From Octopus sinensis (taxonomy: Eukaryota): a stretch of 15,786 bases of DNA. Below are positions 10,441 to 15,786 of this stretch, one piece after another; position 1 is the first letter of the stretch; each line of letters begins with the position of its first letter. The DNA lies in the NCBI RefSeq assembly GCF_006345805.1, contig NW_021825374.1:1-15786 (forward strand), given 5' to 3'. The position numbers were made by a program, and so were the translations under genes. Below the pieces are notes generated by a model. The model saw nothing but the letters and a program-made list of their open reading frames with translations, made no database searches and was not told where the DNA came from.

Positions 10441-10471
<31 letters not shown>

Positions 10472-10630
10472 TGATAGCGTAAATTTTATCTATTTAATTT
10501 TTCTCGCGTCTTTTTTAGTATGTGTTTGACTAGAGAAAGAGAGAGAGAAAGAGGGAGAGAGAGAGAAAGAGGGAGAGAGAGAGAGAAAGAGGGAGAGAGA
10601 GAAAGAGGGAGAAAGAGAGGTGTGTTGTCA

Positions 10631-10666
<36 letters not shown>

Positions 10667-11270
10667 GTGTCTTGCACTGCGTGTGCGTGAGAAGGAGAGA
10701 GAGGGAGAGAGAGAGAGAGAGAGAGAAAGGGAGAGAGCGATAGCGTAATTTTATTTATTTATTTAGTTTTTCTCACACTTTTTAGTGAGCGTGTGAGTGA
10801 TTGACGGAAAAGAAAAGAGAGAGAGAGAGAGAGAGAGAGGGAGGTGTTGTTATATATGTGTAAAATGGCTAGGGTCAGTTACACACGCACACAAACATAT
10901 ACATACACTCATTATCTGTTGTATATAGGTACATGCATAAATTCATACGCATACGTGCTTTTTCATGCGTGCGTGTGAGGGAGAGAGAAAAAGTCAGTCA
11001 CCGAGTGAAGGTGTGTGTTCTCATAACAACTGTTTTTGCATGTATGTATAGCGCTAGCTCTCTCTCTCTCACACACACACACACAGCAACACACACCTCT
11101 CTCTTTATTTCTCTCTCTCTCTCTCAGTCAATCACTCACAAATTCACTGGAAAAGGATGCGAGAAAAAATAAAAAGAATGTATGCTGTCACTCTGTCTCT
11201 CTCTCCCCCCCCTCTCTCTCTCACACACACACACATACGCACACAACACACACTTTCTGTCTCGCATCCC
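10262..11270. repeat. Microsatellite-embedded ~55-70-bp module in three direct copies and one inverted copy
   Basis: GA(C/T)AGCGTA..T-rich..TTCTC(G/A)C..TTTTTAGT(G/A) at 10394-10445, 10473-10530 and 10739-10805; inverted copy at 11127-11191. Left half GA/GT-rich, right half CT/CA-rich. Confidence 0.78.
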
Positions 11271-12128
11271 TTCATCAACACATCCACACATCCATCTCCA
11301 TTACTTTTCTCATTCATTTTATGCTGACTTCAAACAAAATATAATAAATAAAAATTCTTTACGAAATTTACCGGACGCCGTAAGGTAACAGCTCAGCTGC
11401 GCACACGCCTTCGTGTAAAACAAAAGATTGCTAAAATGACGAGGTTATTGCTACAATTTCTAAATAATATATTTTTTTCTGTTTTATGATATAATTACAT
11501 TAATACAGATGACGTAATTAAACTAATTGCAGATTAGCGGTGTCGTTGATAATTTTACATTACCTCAATGATGCCAGCGACATATATTAAAAGTCCCTTA
11601 TAGAACTATATTCATAAAAAAGTATAGAACTATATTATCACCCTCAAATTTGAGAAACAATCATTCATAACTTTTTTCTTTTAAAACTTCATTGCATGAG
11701 ATTGATACCATGAACTTCCTCGAATTGAGATCCCTATCATTTAAGCTTAGGTAAAGCCATATTATTCTGTGCAGTAGAAACACGTGTAGGTCGTCGTAGC
11801 CATAAAAATACGCTGTATGACATTGAAAATAAAAGAAAAAGGAAATAGATTTTGAAGAAGTGCCAGTCTTCGTATTCTCTATCGTTATAATTATTGCAAA
11901 TATACACTACATATGCTATTACCATTCAGTGAAGCGAACTCGGAATTACTCATCGGAAAAGTTTACAGCGTGAGTGACAACTCCTAATAGTCATAAACGT
12001 TAAATACTAATCGATGCAGTTAGCCGTAACCTGGAACATAACTGAGAGCTACCACGGTATCCGCCCAGACAATATATCCCTCTAAACTCACATTAATATA
12101 TATATATACACACACACACACAAACACA

Positions 12129-12177
<49 letters not shown>

Positions 12178-12260
12178 AAAAACTTAAGCCAATACATAGA
12201 TTATTAATTTATATTATTTAAATATATAACAAAATTATTAAAAAAATATAATTAATATAA

Positions 12261-12324
12261 CACTACGATCGTTTCATGGCTGTTAATTTCTTTAAATTTT
12301 CGAGTTACAGTCATTCATCAGGTG
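12261..12324 (-). ncRNA. Minimal type I hammerhead ribozyme motif (mirror copy)
   Basis: Exact reverse complement of 12359-12422; core TCATCAG on + at 12315-12321; predicted cleavage after 12264 on the minus strand. Confidence 0.82.
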
Positions 12325-12358
12325 GTTTAAATATTTAACTTGGCGAGGTTTAATTAAC

Positions 12359-12422
12359 CACCTGATGAATGACTGTAACTCGAAAATTTAAAGAAATTAA
12401 CAGCCATGAAACGATCGTAGTG
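12359..12422 (+). ncRNA. Minimal type I hammerhead ribozyme motif, intact core
   Basis: CAC-CTGATGA(12362-12368)-ATG(A)CTGT..ACAG(C)CAT stem II-GAAA(12408-12411)-perfect palindrome ACGATCGT(12411-12418)-GTA(12417-12419)-GTG. Stem I is CAC/GTG. Confidence 0.85.
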
Positions 12423-12877
12423 TTATATTAATTATATTTTTTTAATAATTTTGTTATATATTTAAATAATATAAATTAAATAATCTTATGTATTGGCTTA
12501 AGTTTTTCATTGTATGATTTGCCTAATAGTGGTTTTATCTCTAATTTAATATAATATAATATTTTACCATAAAATTGGATTCAATCCTAAATCTGATTTT
12601 TCCCTGTAAGTTTGGATTTATTCCCTAATATTTATTATATATATATATATATATACTTGTATATATTTCGTAATCATATACCCTTCAAGCTTATCTCGCT
12701 TTCTACTATCTTATAGAATTGGGACAGATGCAACTCTGAGTTTCACGTTTCCGATCCGAGTATCGATTTGTAAAATCTGATATTAAAATTTGATATATTA
12801 CTCTACTATATATATATGTAATTATGTATGTATAATATATATGATCATATATACGTATAGATATATACACACATACG

Positions 12878-12911
<34 letters not shown>

Positions 12912-13474
12912 CATACACTTGAGTGTATGTGCACACACAAACACACATATATAAGCACAAACATCTTTTTAAACTCACGTAGAACGAATAAGATCTTCCA
13001 CTTGCACGCAATATTATCGCCTTTCCGTCATACACACACGTACACACAATGACACACAGTCACACCCCCCCCCACACACACACTTACACACACACACACG
13101 TACACGTTATTTCAGTAACACCCTTACAGATTTATATAATAAACCTTGTCAGCAAAGGTGAAGATAATTAATTGCGCAAAGTCTCAACCCTACCCTAGGG
13201 GCCAATCTACAGAGATAGTAATTATCAATAGAATCTCATTAGTTCTCACTTCTATGCTATTCTCAAGTCTGAATACTCCCTCTGTTGCCACGAATCTAAC
13301 AGATTGATTCTGGTTTTTCACACCTCTCTCTTACCATTGTTCGTTTATGACGTCTCAATTGTGGTTAGGTTTTCTTCGTTGAATTTTGAATATTTTTAAA
13401 TCTTATTTTTGAGGATATGCAGTTCATTCTGAAAAATATTCTCTCCTCTCTCTATATCTCTCACAGTTTGTATG

Positions 13475-13477
<3 letters not shown>

Positions 13478-13523
<46 letters not shown>
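13478..13523. repeat. (TA)n microsatellite
   Basis: Read directly. Confidence 0.97.
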
Positions 13524-13527
<4 letters not shown>

Positions 13528-13731
13528 TGATTGGTTGCACTCGACGCACGACAGTTAAACCATTCAATTAAACATTGTTCTTTTCTCATATTATGACTGC
13601 CTGTCTGTCTGTGTATATATATATATATATATATACATATATAACAAACAATAATTCAAATAAACATATGAAAACCTTGAACTTAAATGTACGATACACA
13701 CATATACACATACTCACACATACACACACTC

Positions 13732-13772
<41 letters not shown>

Positions 13773-13932
13773 CACACACACGCACACACACACAAACACA
13801 CACACACATATACATCTTAAAATTTCAGATGATTAACAATCAAGTATAAATATAAACGTAAATAAATAAATGTATATATATATATATTTTAATAGAGCAA
13901 ACCTATTCAGGTTACACAGACTTAAAGAATTA

Positions 13933-14060
13933 GTCCGACAGCTGTTTCTGAGGGCTCGGAGTTACTTCATAATGTTGGCAGATGTAGATCATAAAAAATT
14001 TGCAACCAGTGATGGAAGCAAATAGACATTGGTAAAATACAGAACCTCCTTCATCAGGGT
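13933..14060 (-). ncRNA. Minimal type I hammerhead ribozyme motif with ~100-nt stem II insertion
   Basis: Minus strand: ACC-CTGATGA(14057-14051)-A-GGAGGTTC..GAGCCCTC-A-GAAA(13948-13945)-palindrome ACAGCTGT-GTC triplet(13939-13937)-GGAC. Stem I has only 2 firm pairs (CC/GG). Confidence 0.7.
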
Positions 14061-14290
14061 GCATATATATATATATATATCTGAAGCCTATATTCACACA
14101 CACATATATAAATATATATATACACACACACACACACATATACATATTTATATATTATTTATATACTATATATATACTATTTATACTATATATTCTACAT
14201 TAATATTATAAAGAATATAAATAAAACATAAAAAACAGAGTTGGAATTCCTTTGAATAATATATATCACTATACACAATCCTACAAACTC

Positions 14291-14293
<3 letters not shown>

Positions 14294-14366
<73 letters not shown>
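14294..14366. repeat. (TA)n microsatellite
   Basis: Read directly. Confidence 0.97.
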
Positions 14367-14375
<9 letters not shown>

Positions 14376-14542
14376 TAAATTGCTCCTTTTAGTCTCACTA
14401 GTTTAATTTCCAGTTTAATTTTTCGCTCACTCTCTTTCCATTTGCCTCATAGTTTTCCACTTCTCGTCTCTCTTTCTTTCTCTCTCTCAGTCTCTTACAC
14501 ACACACACACACATACACACACACACACATGCAGGCATATTC

Positions 14543-14605
14543 GGACGCCAGCATAACTGAACGGTGAAGTACTTCGCAATCTAAAGGTCTCCAGTTCAAT
14601 CCTAC
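14543..14605 (+). mobile_element. Possible very degenerate tRNA-like SINE head
   Basis: GGACGCCAGCATAACTGAACGGTGAAG..GGTCTCCAGTTCAATCCTAC has a B-box-like GTTCAATCC and an A-box-like spacing; no recognisable body. Confidence 0.25.
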
Positions 14606-14708
14606 AACATCACATCGATAGGGACCAAAGCCTTCTGACTGAAATTAATTAGTCAGAAACTGAACTGTCTCGAGTGGACAGAAATGAAATTTAAGGATCC
14701 AATCTCGT

Positions 14709-14752
14709 CCGATATGGATTGAACGACCATTTTCAATCGAAACAGCATTGTA
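14709..14752 (+). ncRNA. Possible hammerhead relic
   Basis: CCGATATG-GATTGAA/CGACCATT/TTCAATC (7-bp stem)-GAAA(14739-14742)-CAGCATTG-TA. The first core box is broken and there is no stem I. Confidence 0.3.
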
Positions 14753-14836
14753 TTTGTTAACTAGTCACGACAGCAGCAGTCCGATGTCGGAAACATTGAA
14801 AAGGATTATAGAATATATTGGTGATCTTGATATTGT

Positions 14837-15223
14837 AGTTGCTGTTGCTGTTACTGCTGTTGAGGGAAGCGGTCTTCATCCCAGAGTGGGATAAGTCCGA
14901 AACGTGGTCCTTTGCTATTCGTAAGATCTGCAGAAGAGAAAGCAGGCCAACCCCCGACACTGAGAGCATCGACGGTTGGATGAATGCGCATCCAGGCTCA
15001 GCGGTTGCGTAGGAAGTCGGGGACAAGAAACAGGAAGAAAGAGTGAGAGAAAGTTGGAGCGAAAGAGTACAACAGGGGTCGCCACCCACCCGCCTGCCGG
15101 AGCCTCGTGGAGCTTTAGGTGTTTTCGCTCAATAAACACACACAACGCCCGGTCTGGGAATCGAAATCGCGATCCTCCGACCGCGAGTCTGCTGCCCTAA
15201 CCTTTGGGCCATTGCGCCTTCAC
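14837..15223 (-). mobile_element. Second tRNA-derived SINE family (tRNA-Arg-like head), ~385 bp with (AAC/AGC)n tail
   Basis: Minus strand GTGAAGGCGCAATGGCCCAAAGGTTAGGGCAGCAGACTCGCGGTCGGAGGATCGCGATTTCGATTCCCAGACCGGGCG resembles tRNA-Arg (TGGC A box, GACTxCGGxTC anticodon region, TTCGATTCC B box), followed by a unique body and a simple-repeat tail at 14837-14861. Confidence 0.8.
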
Positions 15224-15344
15224 TTGTAGTTGCTGTTTGTGGCAAGGATGAGTTTAAGACCTCTCTGCAGCCTATATTCTTTGTATAGTTTACCAAGAAA
15301 TTCTTCGTATCCTGTTCTTTGTTATTTTTATATTTTCGCAATAT

Positions 15345-15526
15345 TGATTTCAAATTTTGGCACAAGGCTAGCAAGTCCAGGGGAGGAGGTAAGTCGATTA
15401 CAACACTCTCAGTATTCAACTGGTACTTATTTTATCGACCTCAGAAGGATGTTAGGCAAAAATCAACCCCGGCAGAATTTGAACTCAGAAGGCAAAGATG
15501 TACAAAATGGCGCGTGCTAACGATTC
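15345..15526 (-). mobile_element. tRNA-derived SINE, 5'-truncated with internal deletion
   Basis: Aligns with 3879-4096 (GGCACAAGG..AAGTCGATTACA..CAACTGGTACTTATTTTATCGACC..GAATTTGAACTCAG..GCGTGCTAACGATTCT). Confidence 0.88.
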
Positions 15527-15527
15527 T

Positions 15528-15714
15528 TATTTCTTATTTCTTTATTGCCCACAAGGGACTAAATATAGAGGGAACAGACAAGGACATACAAAGGGACTAA
15601 GTCGAATACATCGACCCCAGTGCGTAACTGGAACTTATTTAATCGACCCCGAAAGGATGAAAGGTAAAGTCGACCTCGGCGGAATTTGAACTCAGAATGT
15701 AGCAGCAGACGAGA
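15528..15714 (-). mobile_element. tRNA-derived SINE, subfamily with alternative 3' end, lacking the A box
   Basis: Central module ATCGACCCCGAAAGGATGAAAGGTAAAGTCGACCTCGGCGGAATTTGAACTCAG is shared with the other copies; the 3' end TATTTCTTTATTGCCCACAAGGGACTAAA differs. Confidence 0.9.
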
Positions 15715-15718
15715 CATC

Positions 15719-15786
15719 TATTTCTTTACTACCCACAAGGGGCTAAACACAGAGAGGACAAACAAGGACAGAGAAACGGATTAAGT
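15719..15786 (-). mobile_element. 3' end of another SINE of the same subfamily (runs off the window)
   Basis: 68 bp colinear with 15535-15602 (TATTTCTTTACTACCCACAAGGGGCTAAACACAGAGAGGACAAACAAGGACAG..TTAAGT). Confidence 0.88.

Larger units (their letters stand above)
12170..12515. repeat. Long near-perfect inverted repeat (arms 12170-12327 and 12356-12515, 28-nt spacer)
   Basis: Arms are reverse complements except for two single-base homopolymer indels near the outer end (CATAGATTATTAAT versus CATAAGATTATTTAAT). Confidence 0.97.
12170..12636 (+). mobile_element. Penelope-like terminal-repeat cassette: direct unit 12356-12636 plus inverted copy of its first ~160 bp
   Basis: Hammerhead at the start of the unit, inverted partial duplication, (TA)n on both sides (~12134-12170 and ~12636-12655). 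No ORF. Confidence 0.6.

Noticed and set aside
11460-11560. Cluster of TAAT/ATTA homeodomain cores
   Set aside because: Expected in AT-rich DNA; nothing else supports an enhancer.
11777-11792. GAAA-CACGTG-TA (palindrome ACACGTGT plus GTA) as a hammerhead 3' half
   Set aside because: No CTGANGA box or stem II upstream; may simply be an E-box. The similar AACACGTGTA near 6332 also lacks the core.
14634-14659. 8-bp hairpin TTCTGACT/AGTCAGAA
   Set aside because: Short, isolated, and without a matching ribozyme core.
15140-15223. A real tRNA gene
   Set aside because: The B box is altered, there is no clean acceptor stem or 7-nt anticodon loop, and it continues into a SINE body and tail.

Overview
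Eukaryotic, AT-rich, repeat-dominated window with no recognisable host exon. The SINE families and the microsatellite load (roughly a fifth of the window) look like Octopus or another cephalopod; this is recollection, not a database result. Contents: a decayed near-full-length mariner (371-1567), two fused fragments of an RLE-type non-LTR retrotransposon (R4/Dong-like, 7021-8626) ending in an (AAT)n tail, at least seven tRNA-derived SINE copies, and many microsatellites that explain most of the supplied ORFs. The main discovery is a cluster of minimal type I hammerhead ribozyme motifs (CUGANGA ... GAAA + palindromic stem III + GUA/GUC) at 2001-2048(+), 4541-4628(-), 12261-12324(-), 12359-12422(+) and 13933-14060(-), plus a possible relic at 14709-14752(+). 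Each sits in a short non-coding cassette bracketed by microsatellites. Two of them lie head-to-head in a near-perfect 158/160-bp inverted repeat. This fits Penelope-like element termini or small non-autonomous ribozyme-carrying retroelements. All alignments and folds were done by eye.
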